Position numbers and translations under genes: made by a program. From sequence record SRR20825006_1933: a stretch of DNA of 64,000 bases, one strand, 5' to 3'. Below, one piece after another: positions 20,241-30,544 of this stretch. The notes beneath the pieces are model-generated. The model had not been told where the DNA came from, did not search any database, and saw only the letters and a program-made list of their open reading frames with translations. The stretch's first letter is position 1, and each line of letters begins with the position of its first letter.

Positions 20241-20397
20241 GCCCGTCTATAAGTCCTTTCAGATTCCCTGCCAGCAGCCTCTTGCAGAGGTCGCGTCTTT
20301 CAGTTACACGCGCCACTTCGAAAACAGGCTGAGACAAGCCCGCGCACCCAAGCGATGGCAGCGCGGTTGTCCTTAGAGTTCAAGAGAGGCGAAGGCC

Positions 20398-20616
20398 ATG
20401 AAAAAAGAAGGTCATCCCGACTATCACTTCGTCACCGTAGTGATGACAGACGGAACCGAATATCAGACGCGCTCCACCTATGGCAGCGAAGGCGACCGCC
20501 TTGTTCTGGACATCGATTCCAAATCGCACCCGGCCTGGACCGGCGGCGACGGCAAGATGCTCGACCGTGGCGGCCGCGTCTCGCGCTTCAAAGACAAGTT
20601 CAAAGGCTTCATGTAA
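20398..20616 (+). CDS. rpmE: 50S ribosomal protein L31
   Basis: [31 protein letters not shown]; the Cys-free form. Confidence 0.97.
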   Translation: MKKEGHPDYHFVTVVMTDGTEYQTRSTYGSEGDRLVLDIDSKSHPAWTGGDGKMLDRGGRVSRFKDKFKGFM

Positions 20617-20646
20617 GCGTTCTTCGCTTCGCATGATGCGTATAGT

Positions 20647-20679
20647 GGAAAGCCCCGGCCTTTTGGCCGGGGTTTTTCC
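20647..20679 (+). terminator. Intrinsic terminator after rpmE
   Basis: GGAAAGCCCCGGCC-TTTT-GGCCGGGGTTTTTCC. Confidence 0.9.
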
Positions 20680-20720
20680 GTTTGGTCCCTATTTCCAAAA
20701 CTGACCCCACATCTGACCGG

Positions 20721-20736
20721 TTAACCCTCGCTTAAC
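20721..20736 (+). promoter_or_regulatory. CtrA binding box (full consensus)
   Basis: TTAA-ccctcgc-TTAAC, 44 nt upstream of the nuclease ATG. Confidence 0.75.
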
Positions 20737-20780
20737 CCGCCATCGCCAGCGTGCGCCTCACACTTTCAGGAGGCACGAAC

Positions 20781-21269
20781 ATGTTGCGCGGCATTCAAGT
20801 CAGATCTGTCCTGTATTCCGTGGCGATCCTTGCCGGCCTCGGCGGCGCAGCCGCGCTGGCAGCTCAAGCCGCTATCGAACAGGACGGCCTCGTCTATTGG
20901 TCCGACGGCGATTCCGGGCGCCTGCCAGACGGCACCAAATTCCGCCTGCATGGTGTCGACGCGCCTGAGACGCGCAGTCTGAAACAGCTTGGCGGGGCCG
21001 ACTGCGAAGCCGAACGCGAACAAGGTTATATCGCCAAGGAAAGGGTGATCGAACTGACTCGTGGCAAGGAAATAGCTGTGACACGCGATTATGGTCTCGA
21101 CCGATACAAGCGGCTCGTCGTTGATATCAGCATCGATGGTGAAGATCTCGCCACGCGCCTTGTGGCCGAAGGCAGCCACCAAGTCTGGGACTATGATGGC
21201 GGTGCTCCAAAGCCAGACTGGTGCAGCCCGCACCGTAGATCGACAACATCGGGCCAAGTCAGCCCGTAG
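20781..21269 (+). CDS. Thermonuclease (SNase) family protein with signal peptide
   Basis: DGDS, RLHGVDAPE and DRYKRLV motifs; SD AGGAGG; hydrophobic N-terminus. Confidence 0.85.
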   Translation: MLRGIQVRSVLYSVAILAGLGGAAALAAQAAIEQDGLVYWSDGDSGRLPDGTKFRLHGVDAPETRSLKQLGGADCEAEREQGYIAKERVIELTRGKEIAVTRDYGLDRYKRLVVDISIDGEDLATRLVAEGSHQVWDYDGGAPKPDWCSPHRRSTTSGQVSP

Positions 21270-21354
21270 TTCTGCAAACCAAGCCGCTGCATTGCCCCGT
21301 AGCGTTCCTGTCTCTAGGTTCTGCTGAGAACGTACGACAGGAGCCACGCCAAAA

Positions 21355-22119
21355 ATGATTTCCCGGAAGACGGCCGCTGCCGCATCTGTCCTGCTTGGTA
21401 ACGCGGCCCTGTCCGCTTGCAATGACCCGGCCCCGGCCCGCACGGCGGCACCGGAAACTGCACCACCAGAAAATTCACTGCAAATCGAAACGGACCGCGC
21501 CCTGACAGGCAATGAAGTCAGCACGTCGGTCGGCGTACGCATCCTGACGGCAGACAAGCGCGTCGCTGTACTCGCCGGTCATATCGAGGCGGGCTTGGTA
21601 CTCTACCGCGCGGGCGCGCCAGACCTCGCAGCGGCGCAACTCAATCACGCGGTGTCGCTTGAAACCCAGTCGGAACGCGACGGATTTGGCGCATTTGGCT
21701 TCGACACCAGCGTCTATGAGACTGTCCACGCCGCCGCAACAGCCGGAACACCCGCAGAGGACATTGAAGACGCGCTCATCGCCGCCAAGGCCAACCTTGC
21801 AGAGACGCTGGAGGCAACAGGCCTCGAACAGCTGGATCTTGTTCTCTTCCTGCTGGAACTTTGCGGCGACGAATATGGGGTCGGCGTTATTGATGCCGCG
21901 ATTGACCGCGCCCCGGCCTATCAAGCGGCATATGGCTATGCGGCGACCGCGCGCGACGTGGCCCGAAATATGGAAGGCGCGGATGACCTGGTGCTGGAAC
22001 TGGAATTGCTGGTCCGCATGTGGCCCGGCGACGGTCCGGTCATGGTCGATGCGGTTGCGCCTGAACCGGCCATGGGAACCCAGATCGCCCGGGCCCGACT
22101 GGCAGCCTCAATTCTTTAG
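21355..22119 (+). CDS. Hypothetical helical lipoprotein
   Basis: SD AGGAG, lipobox LSAC, Ala/Glu-rich helical body. Confidence 0.7.
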   Translation: MISRKTAAAASVLLGNAALSACNDPAPARTAAPETAPPENSLQIETDRALTGNEVSTSVGVRILTADKRVAVLAGHIEAGLVLYRAGAPDLAAAQLNHAVSLETQSERDGFGAFGFDTSVYETVHAAATAGTPAEDIEDALIAAKANLAETLEATGLEQLDLVLFLLELCGDEYGVGVIDAAIDRAPAYQAAYGYAATARDVARNMEGADDLVLELELLVRMWPGDGPVMVDAVAPEPAMGTQIARARLAASIL

Positions 22120-22692
22120 CAGCGCGTCGATGAATCCGACCGCTTCGATAGAACTCCAGTCGGCATCCCCGGCCAGACGCGCGATCTCCACGCCGCTCGC
22201 ATCGTACAGGATCGTCGTGGGAAAGCCCTGAACGCCACTATCGTAAACGATCTCAAACTGTTCCGGCGTTGCGCTGTGGAACGTGATGTTGCTCGCACCC
22301 AGTTCACCGAGGCGCTGCGCGGCATAGGAAAGGTCTTCTTGGGCATCAACGCTGATCGCAACCACTTCAAACCGGTCCCCGCCCCGCGCGGTCTGAAGCG
22401 CTCCGAGCGACGGCATTTCCTTTTCGCAGGGCGCACACCATGTGGCCCAGAAATTCACCAGAACAACTTTCCCCATGAACGCATCCAGCGAAACGGCTGA
22501 GCCGTCTTCCAGATAGAAGGGCGCGTTTGAGGCGGATGTTCCAGCCTGAGAGAAATCAAGTTTCTCGATTTCGCCTCTTGCATAGGCTTCCAACCTGTTT
22601 TCTGAAGGTTTTCCACCCCCTGCGCTCATCAGCGCATAGACAATAGCGATCAGGCCGATCAAGAAGAGGGCGATATAGGCCAGACGGGTCAT
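22108..22692 (-). CDS. tlpA: TlpA-family thiol:disulfide reductase
   Basis: N-terminal TM, NFWATWCAPC and GFPTT; divergent from argH. Confidence 0.88.
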   Translation of the reverse strand: MTRLAYIALFLIGLIAIVYALMSAGGGKPSENRLEAYARGEIEKLDFSQAGTSASNAPFYLEDGSAVSLDAFMGKVVLVNFWATWCAPCEKEMPSLGALQTARGGDRFEVVAISVDAQEDLSYAAQRLGELGASNITFHSATPEQFEIVYDSGVQGFPTTILYDASGVEIARLAGDADWSSIEAVGFIDALLKN

Positions 22693-22725
22693 GGGGCGCG
22701 GTCTCCAATACGAGTTTGAAGGGAT

Positions 22726-24129
22726 ATGGCAGTGACGACAGGCAAAGGCCAGACAATGTGGGGCGGACGCTTTGCCGCGACCCCGACCGACATCATGGAA
22801 GAAATCAACGCATCCCTCGACATTGACCGCCGGATGGCCGCTGAAGATATCGCCGGCAGCCGCGCCCATGCCGACATGTTGGCTGAAATGGGCATCATCT
22901 CCGAGGCCGACAATGAAGCCATTCAGGGCGGCCTTGATACGGTTGCCGAGGAATTAAGGAACGGATCGTTCCCTTTCCGCCGGGAGCTCGAAGACATTCA
23001 TATGAATGTCGAAGCGCGCCTGAAGGAGCTGATTGGCGAACCCGCAGGCCGACTGCACACGGCGCGATCGCGCAATGACCAGGTCGTCACCGATTTCCGC
23101 CTCTGGACCCGCGGCGCACTCGACGAGGCCATGCAATTGGTCGCTGGCCTGCAGAGCGCTCTGGTCAGTCGCGCCGGCGAGAATACAGAAACCGTGATGC
23201 CGGGCTTCACGCACCTCCAGACCGCACAGCCCGTCACACTGGGCCATCATTTGCTGGCCTATGCCGAAATGCTGGAACGCGACCGCTCGCGCCTGCTCGA
23301 TTGTGCCGAGCGTTTGAATGAGTGCCCGCTGGGCTCTGCGGCGCTAGCTGGCACCGGATTCCCCATCGACCGAGACATGACCGCGGAAGCGTTGGGCTTT
23401 GCCCGCCCCATGGCCAATTCGCTGGATGCGGTGTCGGCTCGCGATTTTGCGCTGGAGGCCTTAGCGGCCCTGTCCATCGCTGCGACGCATTTGTCGCGCC
23501 TTGCCGAAGAGATCGTGCTCTGGACCAGTGCACAGTTCGGGTTTGCACAACTCACCGACGCCTGGTCGACCGGCTCGTCCATCATGCCCCAAAAGCGCAA
23601 TCCGGATGCCGCCGAGCTGATCCGTGCCAAGGCCAGCCTGATTACCGGCCTCTACAGCTCCCTGCAGGGCGCGGTCAAAGCCCTGCCATTGGCCTATGCA
23701 AAGGACCTTCAGGACGATAAGCGCCTGACGTTTGAAGCCTTCGACACCTATAATCTTTGTGTTCGTGCCATGACCGGCATGATCGAGACGATCAACTTCA
23801 AGCCCGAGAATATGCGCGCGGCAGCCGCGAAGGGATTTTCGACGGCCACTGACCTTGCCGATTGGCTGGTCCGCGAGCTCGGCCTTCCCTTCCGGGATGC
23901 CCACCATGTCACTGGCCAATTGGTCGCGAAGGCTGAGGAGAAAGCCTGCGATCTGTCAGATCTAACATTGGCCGACATGCAGAGCGTGAACGCCGAAATT
24001 ACCGTTGCGGTATTCGATGTGCTGACAGTTGAGGCGTCTGCCTCATCTCGGACATCTTATGGCGCTACAAGCCCTGTTCGCGTTGCCGAACAAGTGGCAC
24101 AGTGGAAACAGAGACTTCGACTGGAGTAG
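22726..24129 (+). CDS. argH: Argininosuccinate lyase
   Basis: [15 protein letters not shown] and [12 protein letters not shown] motifs. Confidence 0.98.
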   Translation: MAVTTGKGQTMWGGRFAATPTDIMEEINASLDIDRRMAAEDIAGSRAHADMLAEMGIISEADNEAIQGGLDTVAEELRNGSFPFRRELEDIHMNVEARLKELIGEPAGRLHTARSRNDQVVTDFRLWTRGALDEAMQLVAGLQSALVSRAGENTETVMPGFTHLQTAQPVTLGHHLLAYAEMLERDRSRLLDCAERLNECPLGSAALAGTGFPIDRDMTAEALGFARPMANSLDAVSARDFALEALAALSIAATHLSRLAEEIVLWTSAQFGFAQLTDAWSTGSSIMPQKRNPDAAELIRAKASLITGLYSSLQGAVKALPLAYAKDLQDDKRLTFEAFDTYNLCVRAMTGMIETINFKPENMRAAAAKGFSTATDLADWLVRELGLPFRDAHHVTGQLVAKAEEKACDLSDLTLADMQSVNAEITVAVFDVLTVEASASSRTSYGATSPVRVAEQVAQWKQRLRLE

Positions 24130-24135
24130 TCATTG

Positions 24136-24363
24136 ATGAAACGCCCCCTTCTCGCTGCGGCGCTGCTCGCATCTGCTAATCTAGCCGCGTGTGGCCTGAC
24201 CGGGGATTTGAAACGCCCTGACCCGCTTTGGGGTGAGCCAACCGATGGTCTGGAACCTGCTGAATTGCCGGACCAGAATCAGAACAATCTGCCAAGCCTA
24301 CCGGACCGTGAAGACGAAGATAGCGATACCGGAGACGATGATGAATTGCTCGGCGGCGCGTAG
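24136..24363 (+). CDS. Small lipoprotein (LptM/LppL-like position upstream of lysA)
   Basis: Lipobox LAAC-GLTGDL..P and an acidic tail. Confidence 0.7.
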   Translation: MKRPLLAAALLASANLAACGLTGDLKRPDPLWGEPTDGLEPAELPDQNQNNLPSLPDREDEDSDTGDDDELLGGA

Positions 24364-24373
24364 GAAGCAGTCA

Positions 24374-24637
24374 ATGAAATTACCCATGCCAAACTCCGCC
24401 GCGCGATGGATCGCCGGCATTACGGCCTTGTGCCTCACCGCCGCATGCCAGAGCCAGCCAGCGGCTCTGGTCGTCGAAGCCGTCGCACCCGCTGAAACGG
24501 TTGAACCGGTCGCGGTGGCGACGGAACTCGACACGACCGAACCAGACGGCCCGATCACCAATCAATGGGGCGGCGTCATCCCAGACGCCAAACCCACGAC
24601 GCCCATAGACAATGGCGCGCTCGGCGAAATCGAGTAG
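24374..24637 (+). CDS. Small hypothetical lipoprotein
   Basis: Lipobox-like LTAAC; fills the gap before lysA. Confidence 0.6.
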   Translation: MKLPMPNSAARWIAGITALCLTAACQSQPAALVVEAVAPAETVEPVAVATELDTTEPDGPITNQWGGVIPDAKPTTPIDNGALGEIE

Positions 24638-24640
24638 TCC

Positions 24641-25915
24641 ATGCACCACTTTACTTACCAGGATGGCAGCCTTCATTGCGAGGGCGTGAATCTCAACAAG
24701 ATTGCAGATGAGGTCGGCACACCCTGTTACGTGTATTCGTCCGCAACCCTGGTGCGACATGCCCGCGTCATCGCGGCGGCGTTTGAGGGGCAGGATTGTC
24801 TGATCGCTTTTTCGGTAAAGTCGAATGGCAATATTGGCGTCCTGTCGACACTTGCCCGCGAAGGCTGCGGCGCTGACGTGGTCAGCGGCGGCGAATTGCA
24901 GCGCGCCCTCCGGGCAGGCATCCCCGCAGAACGGATTGTGTTCTCAGGTGTCGGCAAGACCGCCGAGGAAATGCAGCTTGCCCTGCGTGCAGGCATTCAC
25001 CAGTTCAACGTCGAAAGCGCCGCAGAGCTTCGTCGCTTGTCAGAGGTTGCCAGCATGATCGGCGCAGAAGCGCCTGTGGCAATCCGGGTCAATCCGGATG
25101 TCGCGGCCGGCGGTCATCCGAACATCTCTACCGGCAAGAAAGGCGACAAGTTCGGCGTGCCGTGGAGCGATGCGGAAGACCTCTATGCTGAAGCCGCCAC
25201 CCTGCCCGGCATCCGGATTGTGGGCGTTGATGTGCATATCGGCAGCCAAATCGGCGACCTTGTCCCGATGCGCGCCGCGTTCGAAAAGGTCGTGGGCCTT
25301 ACCAAGCGCCTGCGCGAGGCCGGTCATGATATCGGCCGGATCGATCTCGGCGGCGGGTTGGGCATCCCCTACAAGGACAGCGACGCGCCAGCCCCTCCAT
25401 CTGATTACGCGGCGATGATCGCCGAGGTAACACAGGATCTTGGCGTTCAGGTCATTCTGGAACCCGGTCGCGTGATCACTGGCAATGCAGGTGTCATGCT
25501 CAGCACGGTTCTTTATGAAAAAGCCGCGCCGGAAACGGATTTCCTGATCATTGATGCAGGTATGAACGACCTCATGCGTCCGGCGCTTTATGATGCGCAC
25601 CATGACATTCTGCCACTCAATCAGGCTGGTGCAGGCGCAGAGCGCAAGACCTACGATGTGGTTGGCCCGATCTGCGAGTCGACCGACAAGTTTGCCAAGG
25701 GCCGCGAAATGACTGCTGTCCGCCCCGGTCAGCGGATCGCGTTCATGTCTGCAGGTGCCTATGGCGCTGTGCTGTCATCCTCTTACAATGCAAGACCGCT
25801 GGTTCCGGAAGTGCTGGTAAACGGGTCGTCATTTGACATCATCCGTCGCCGCCCGGACTTTGAAGAAATGATCGCCCTCGAAAAGGTTCCTGATTGGCTC
25901 ACAAAGACGGCATGA
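24641..25915 (+). CDS. lysA: Diaminopimelate decarboxylase
   Basis: FSVKSN, HIGSQ, DLGGG, EPGR, GPICESTD and GAYG motifs. Confidence 0.97.
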   Translation: MHHFTYQDGSLHCEGVNLNKIADEVGTPCYVYSSATLVRHARVIAAAFEGQDCLIAFSVKSNGNIGVLSTLAREGCGADVVSGGELQRALRAGIPAERIVFSGVGKTAEEMQLALRAGIHQFNVESAAELRRLSEVASMIGAEAPVAIRVNPDVAAGGHPNISTGKKGDKFGVPWSDAEDLYAEAATLPGIRIVGVDVHIGSQIGDLVPMRAAFEKVVGLTKRLREAGHDIGRIDLGGGLGIPYKDSDAPAPPSDYAAMIAEVTQDLGVQVILEPGRVITGNAGVMLSTVLYEKAAPETDFLIIDAGMNDLMRPALYDAHHDILPLNQAGAGAERKTYDVVGPICESTDKFAKGREMTAVRPGQRIAFMSAGAYGAVLSSSYNARPLVPEVLVNGSSFDIIRRRPDFEEMIALEKVPDWLTKTA

Positions 25916-28656
25916 AGGCGCTCAACGCCAAGGTTTCCGCCACGCGGCGGAAGCTGACGGTCTACGCCTTTTTCAAGGCGTTCTGGCCCTTCCTGACCTT
26001 TGTTGCGATCTTTCTCGCCATCGCCTTGGCGGGCGTCATTGATCGCATGGGCTCGGCCATGGCCGCTGTGGCGACGATCCTGTTTCTCGGCGGGTCTATC
26101 CTCTTCATCCTGCAAGGCGGACGGCGCTATACGCCTGTCAGCCGCGAGGATGCAGCTCGCCTGCTCGACCGACAGTCAGACCTGCGGCCTGTCTCGTCGC
26201 TAACCGACCGCCCGGCGAGCGCGAGCCGAGGATCCCAGAAGCTGTGGCAGAAGCATCGCCTGCGCCTTTTGAAAGAAGCCCAACGCTTGAAACTGCCGTC
26301 CCTGTCGCGCGAGTGGAGCCGCCTTGATCCATACTGGATGCGCGCGGTCCTTCCGGCGCTTCTGGTCCTGATGGGCGTTTTTGCGGGTACGGATGCGAGC
26401 GCGCGCCTGCATCGCGCCCTGTTTCCAGATTATGGCGCCCTGGTTGGTGCAGACGGCATGGTGGTCGAAGCGTGGATCACGCCCCCTGAACACACGGGCC
26501 GCGCACCCATTTTCCTCACTCCGGAATTGCAAAATGTCCGCGTGCCGGAGGGCTCGGAAGTCACCTTGCGCACCGAAGCGCATAGCGCGCCGAAATTGGT
26601 TCTGAAGGGCGAAGCGACACGTAAGCAGAAATTCGAACCCACCCCCGATGGCGCCTTTGAAGCGCGCGCCCGGATCATGGAAGACACGCGCCTGACGGTA
26701 AACTGGTGGGGCGAGCGTGCAAGCTGGCGCCTACTGACCTCGCCTGATGAGGCCCCTGAGGCCCGCTTCGTGAAAGCGCCTGAAATGGGCCGGCAAGACC
26801 GGACCGAAATTTCCTGGTCGATTTCTGATGACTATGGCGTCTCGGCCCTGGAATTGCGGATCACTCTGCAAACCCCAAATCCAGCCGCGCCAGATGAAGC
26901 AGACCATGTCGCCGTGCCGTTATCTGGTGCGGCGCCGACATCGGCCGAGGACATAACCCAACTGGACCTGACTCGTCATCGCTGGGCTGGTATGCCGGTG
27001 ACGCTGCGCCTGGTCGCCACAGATGGGGCGGGACAGACCGGCCTGAGCGAACCGGTCGACTTCAAGCTGCCGGAAAAACTGTTTCTCGATCCGATCGCGC
27101 GCGTTGCTCAGGAAGTGCGTGTGACTGTGCTGCGCGAACCTCGCGACTATGCAGAGCTGGCAAAGAATGAAGACGCATTGCGCCAGGATGCACTGAATGT
27201 CACGGCGTCAAACCGCCTCGGGACCGCCCCGCCTGATATCCAGAAGGCCGCCCTGATGCTCGATGCCATGACCTATAAAGGCGAGCGTTACATTCGCGAT
27301 CAGGGCGTGTACCTCACTTTCCGGACAGCCAAGGGTATTCTGGATGCAGCGGCCACGAAGGATGAGGCCGAACAGGTTGATCCCCTGCTCTGGGCACTAG
27401 CTCTGCGCGCGGAGTATGGCAGCGCCGCAGATGCCCTGAGACGGCTGGAAGCGGCGCGGCGTGCACTGGAGCAGGCCTTGCGGGACGGGGCCTCTGAAGA
27501 CGAGATCAAGCAGCGGATGGAAGCCTTCCGTGATGCGGCCAATGAATACCTCGCTGCCAAGATGGCCGAGGCTATCGCGAATGGCGGCGAGCAGCCGCAA
27601 ATGCAGATGGATCAGGAAGCGATGTCCGGTGGGCCCGATCTCGGCGGGCAGGATTTCGAAGACATGCTGAATGCGCTGCAGGACCTCACGGAGACCGGCG
27701 CAACGGATCAGGCCCGGCAGCTGCTTTCCGACATCACGAACATGCTGCAGAATCTCGAATTCCAGCAGGGTCAGTCCGGCTCGGGTGGCATGCCGGGCAT
27801 GCCCGGTCAGCAAGCCGATGGCGAACAGGAAGACCTGCCGCCCGAAGAACAGGAACTGACCGATGCCATGCGGCGTCTGTCGGAAATCCTGCGGGAACAG
27901 CGCCAGCTGAATGATGACACGCTGGCCCAGGAACGTGGCGAGCGTCCCGGCCAGTCTGGACAGGAACAGGGCGGCCAACAGCCAGGCCAGCAGTCCGGGC
28001 AACAGTCTGGCACGCAGCAGGGACAGGATTCCGGTCAACCCGGTGGCGGAGAAGCCGGTAGCGGTCAGACTGAAGCCCCACAAGGCGGCGGCGAGGAGAA
28101 CGGCGAACGCCCCGGTAGCGGCGGCGGCGAATTTGCCGAAGGCAATGAGGGCGAAGGTACAGGGCCGGGACAATCGGAGTCACTTGCCGAGCGACAAGCC
28201 CGGCTGGGACGGCTGGTTGAGGAGTTCGCCCGCGAACAGGGTCTGGGCGCCGGAATCGAGGGCGAGAACGCCCTGGAAGGCCGGGTCGATCCGGACGCGT
28301 TGGAAGATATTCGGCGCGCCCAGAGACAGGCTGAAGATGCGCTTGAGCGTGGCAATGAGCGCAGGGCGGCACGTAATCAGGAAATGGCAACAAATGCCTT
28401 GTCTGAAATTTCGCGTGACCTTGCCGAACGGCTCGACACGCTGGAGCGAGAACGCAACGGACAGGACGCCCAGCAAAGCGACCCATTTGGGCGCCCATCG
28501 GGCGGGCCGGGAAACAGCGGTGAAGAGGTCAATATTCCGGACGCCACCGAACGCCAGCGCGCCAAGGACATCCTGGAAGAATTGCGCCAACGCTACAATG
28601 AATCCGATGATGAGGAAGAGCGCGAATACCTTCGCCGCCTGCTCGACCGGTTCTGA
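25912..28656 (+). CDS. DUF4175/TIGR02302-like membrane-anchored protein
   Basis: N-terminal TMs, AWITPPEHTGRAP, SDDYGV, G/Q-rich region and C-terminal EREYLRRLLDRF; ATGA overlap with lysA. Confidence 0.8.
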   Translation: MKALNAKVSATRRKLTVYAFFKAFWPFLTFVAIFLAIALAGVIDRMGSAMAAVATILFLGGSILFILQGGRRYTPVSREDAARLLDRQSDLRPVSSLTDRPASASRGSQKLWQKHRLRLLKEAQRLKLPSLSREWSRLDPYWMRAVLPALLVLMGVFAGTDASARLHRALFPDYGALVGADGMVVEAWITPPEHTGRAPIFLTPELQNVRVPEGSEVTLRTEAHSAPKLVLKGEATRKQKFEPTPDGAFEARARIMEDTRLTVNWWGERASWRLLTSPDEAPEARFVKAPEMGRQDRTEISWSISDDYGVSALELRITLQTPNPAAPDEADHVAVPLSGAAPTSAEDITQLDLTRHRWAGMPVTLRLVATDGAGQTGLSEPVDFKLPEKLFLDPIARVAQEVRVTVLREPRDYAELAKNEDALRQDALNVTASNRLGTAPPDIQKAALMLDAMTYKGERYIRDQGVYLTFRTAKGILDAAATKDEAEQVDPLLWALALRAEYGSAADALRRLEAARRALEQALRDGASEDEIKQRMEAFRDAANEYLAAKMAEAIANGGEQPQMQMDQEAMSGGPDLGGQDFEDMLNALQDLTETGATDQARQLLSDITNMLQNLEFQQGQSGSGGMPGMPGQQADGEQEDLPPEEQELTDAMRRLSEILREQRQLNDDTLAQERGERPGQSGQEQGGQQPGQQSGQQSGTQQGQDSGQPGGGEAGSGQTEAPQGGGEENGERPGSGGGEFAEGNEGEGTGPGQSESLAERQARLGRLVEEFAREQGLGAGIEGENALEGRVDPDALEDIRRAQRQAEDALERGNERRAARNQEMATNALSEISRDLAERLDTLERERNGQDAQQSDPFGRPSGGPGNSGEEVNIPDATERQRAKDILEELRQRYNESDDEEEREYLRRLLDRF
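27950..28060 (+). repeat. Low-complexity GQQx peptide repeat within the DUF4175-like gene
   Basis: GQSGQEQGGQQPGQQSGQQSGTQQGQDSGQPG. Confidence 0.6.
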
Positions 28657-28707
28657 CCTTGCCCTCCCGTCCATTCCCCGCCTTGATGCGGGCGAGGACG
28701 GGAGAAC

Positions 28708-29673
28708 ATGATGGCTGAACGCTGGACCTACACACATGGCCTGAAGGATCTGGGAAACGGGCTCTATGCCTGGCTGCAGCCGGATGGCGGATGGGGTTGG
28801 TCCAATGCTGGCCTGATCCGGGACGGTGACCAGTCTCTGCTCGTGGACACGCTGTTCGACATGCCGCTTACCCGCACCATGCTGGGTGCGATGCAGGATG
28901 CGACCGGTCTTGCGGCAGAGGACATTGGTGTCATCGTCAATACGCACGCAAATGGCGATCATTGCCATGGGAATGGCTGCTGTCCGCAGGCGGAGATAAT
29001 TACGTCAGAGGCCAGCGCCAGGGAAATGATCGAAGTCCCGCCTGCCATGCTTGCCCAGTTCAAAAAGCTCGGCGGACAGCTCGGGCCTGCCGGCAGCTAT
29101 TTTGCCGACATCTTTGCGCCGTTCGATTTCGATAGTGTGGAAGAGCGCGCGCCGACTCAGACATTTACAGGCCAAATGGACTTGAAAGTCGGTGACAAGG
29201 CGATTGAGTTGATTGAAGTCGGCCCGGCTCATACAGCTGGCGATGTGCTGGTGCATGTGCCGGATGACAAGACGGTCTTCACCGGCGACATCCTGTTCAT
29301 TGAAGGCACTCCACTGATGTGGGCTGGCCCGGTCTCCAACTGGATCGGCGCTTGCAACCGAATTTGCGAGATGGATGTCGATGTTATCGTTCCTGGGCAT
29401 GGTCCGGTGACGGACAAGGCGGGTGTGCGACGCGTTGCCGAATATCTGAAATTCGTCGACACAGAAGCGCGCAAGCGATTTGAAGCTGGTCTAAGTGCGC
29501 GCGACGCTGCGCTGGATATTGCCCTCGGGGACTATTCAAGCTGGGGCGACGCCGAACGCATCGCCGTCAATGTCGATACGCTCTACCGGGAGTATCGCGG
29601 GGACGGCGTGGTTACACCCGTGATCGAATTGTTCGGCCTGATGGCTGAAGTGCAAGAGACACAGCGCGCCTAG
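28708..29673 (+). CDS. Metallo-beta-lactamase-fold hydrolase (cyclase-like)
   Basis: WGWSNAG, THANGDHCHGN, PAHT, FTGD and VPGHG motifs. Confidence 0.88.
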   Translation: MMAERWTYTHGLKDLGNGLYAWLQPDGGWGWSNAGLIRDGDQSLLVDTLFDMPLTRTMLGAMQDATGLAAEDIGVIVNTHANGDHCHGNGCCPQAEIITSEASAREMIEVPPAMLAQFKKLGGQLGPAGSYFADIFAPFDFDSVEERAPTQTFTGQMDLKVGDKAIELIEVGPAHTAGDVLVHVPDDKTVFTGDILFIEGTPLMWAGPVSNWIGACNRICEMDVDVIVPGHGPVTDKAGVRRVAEYLKFVDTEARKRFEAGLSARDAALDIALGDYSSWGDAERIAVNVDTLYREYRGDGVVTPVIELFGLMAEVQETQRA

Positions 29674-30242
29674 CGGTTGGCGCCCGGCACCCATTTCACA
29701 TCATCTGCGCCATTATTGTTTGCGACACGGCCTGCGACGAAAATCCAGTCTGACAAGCGATTGATATAGGCAAGCGCCTCAGGGCTGACGATTTCGTCTT
29801 CCATCGCAAATACTTCCGCCACTTCCCGCTCGGCCCTGCGGCACAGCGTCCGCGCGACATGGAAGTGCGCGGCGAGATCACTGCCGCCCGGCAGGATGAA
29901 GCTGTCCAATGGGGCGAGATGCTCGTTCATCGCGTCGATTTCGGTTTCAAGCCGTTGCACCTGACTTTCAATGATGCGCAACGGAGTCCATTCCAGCGGC
30001 TTGCCCCGCTCTGGCGTGGCAAGGTCGGCGCCGAGATCAAAGAGGTCATTCTGGATACGGCGGATGGCGGCAAGCATATCACCCTCGGCCTTGAGCGCGG
30101 CCACACCGAGGGCGGCATTGGTCTCGTCCACCGTGCCATAGGCCACAACACGCGGGTGCCATTTATCAACAGGCTCACCCGTCGAAAGGCGTGTCTTTCC
30201 CTTGTCTCCGGAGCGCGTGTATATCTTGTCGAGCTTGACCAT
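29670..30242 (-). CDS. PduO-type cob(I)alamin adenosyltransferase
   Basis: KIYTRSGDKG, AYGTVDE, FILPGG, RRAER and YINRLSD motifs. Confidence 0.93.
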   Translation of the reverse strand: MVKLDKIYTRSGDKGKTRLSTGEPVDKWHPRVVAYGTVDETNAALGVAALKAEGDMLAAIRRIQNDLFDLGADLATPERGKPLEWTPLRIIESQVQRLETEIDAMNEHLAPLDSFILPGGSDLAAHFHVARTLCRRAEREVAEVFAMEDEIVSPEALAYINRLSDWIFVAGRVANNNGADDVKWVPGANR

Positions 30243-30252
30243 GTTGCTACCC

Positions 30253-30465
30253 TCAGAATCCTATCTTGATGGCACCAACCACCATGCCGAGACCGACGAG
30301 CAGCGCGATCACGATAGCCTGTACCAGAACCCGCAGGCGCATAAGCTTGTTGGAACGGCTTGCCTGATTGTCATCGGTCCGCGCCAGATTGGCGATGCCG
30401 AGCCCCAGCACGATTACCAGCGCCGCAAGCGCGATGTAGAAGCCTGTCATCAGAATGGTTTGCAT
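30253..30465 (-). CDS. HIG1-like twin transmembrane small protein
   Basis: Two TMs flanking SNKLMRLRVLVQ. Confidence 0.85.
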   Translation of the reverse strand: MQTILMTGFYIALAALVIVLGLGIANLARTDDNQASRSNKLMRLRVLVQAIVIALLVGLGMVVGAIKIGF

Positions 30466-30544
30466 GAGGCAGCCTTTCAATCAGCATGAAGGTGAGAGCA
30501 TAGAGCGCGACAGACGGTTTGCCACGCGCAAAGCGTCGCGGGGA

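Noticed and set aside
20398-20616. Zinc-free L31 as a Zur-regulated paralogue
   Set aside because: The Cys-free form is the normal alphaproteobacterial L31, and no Zur box was noticed.
27950-28060. G/Q-rich repeats as a CRISPR array or VNTR
   Set aside because: They are degenerate in-frame coding low complexity with no repeat-spacer structure.
28708-29673. MBL-fold protein as an antibiotic-resistance beta-lactamase
   Set aside because: It has no signal peptide, and the HANGDH/WGWSNAG pattern fits cytoplasmic cyclase-like hydrolases.
30466-30544. 6S RNA expected downstream of zapA
   Set aside because: The gap is only about 80 nt, too short, and no 5-formyl-THF cyclo-ligase gene follows.
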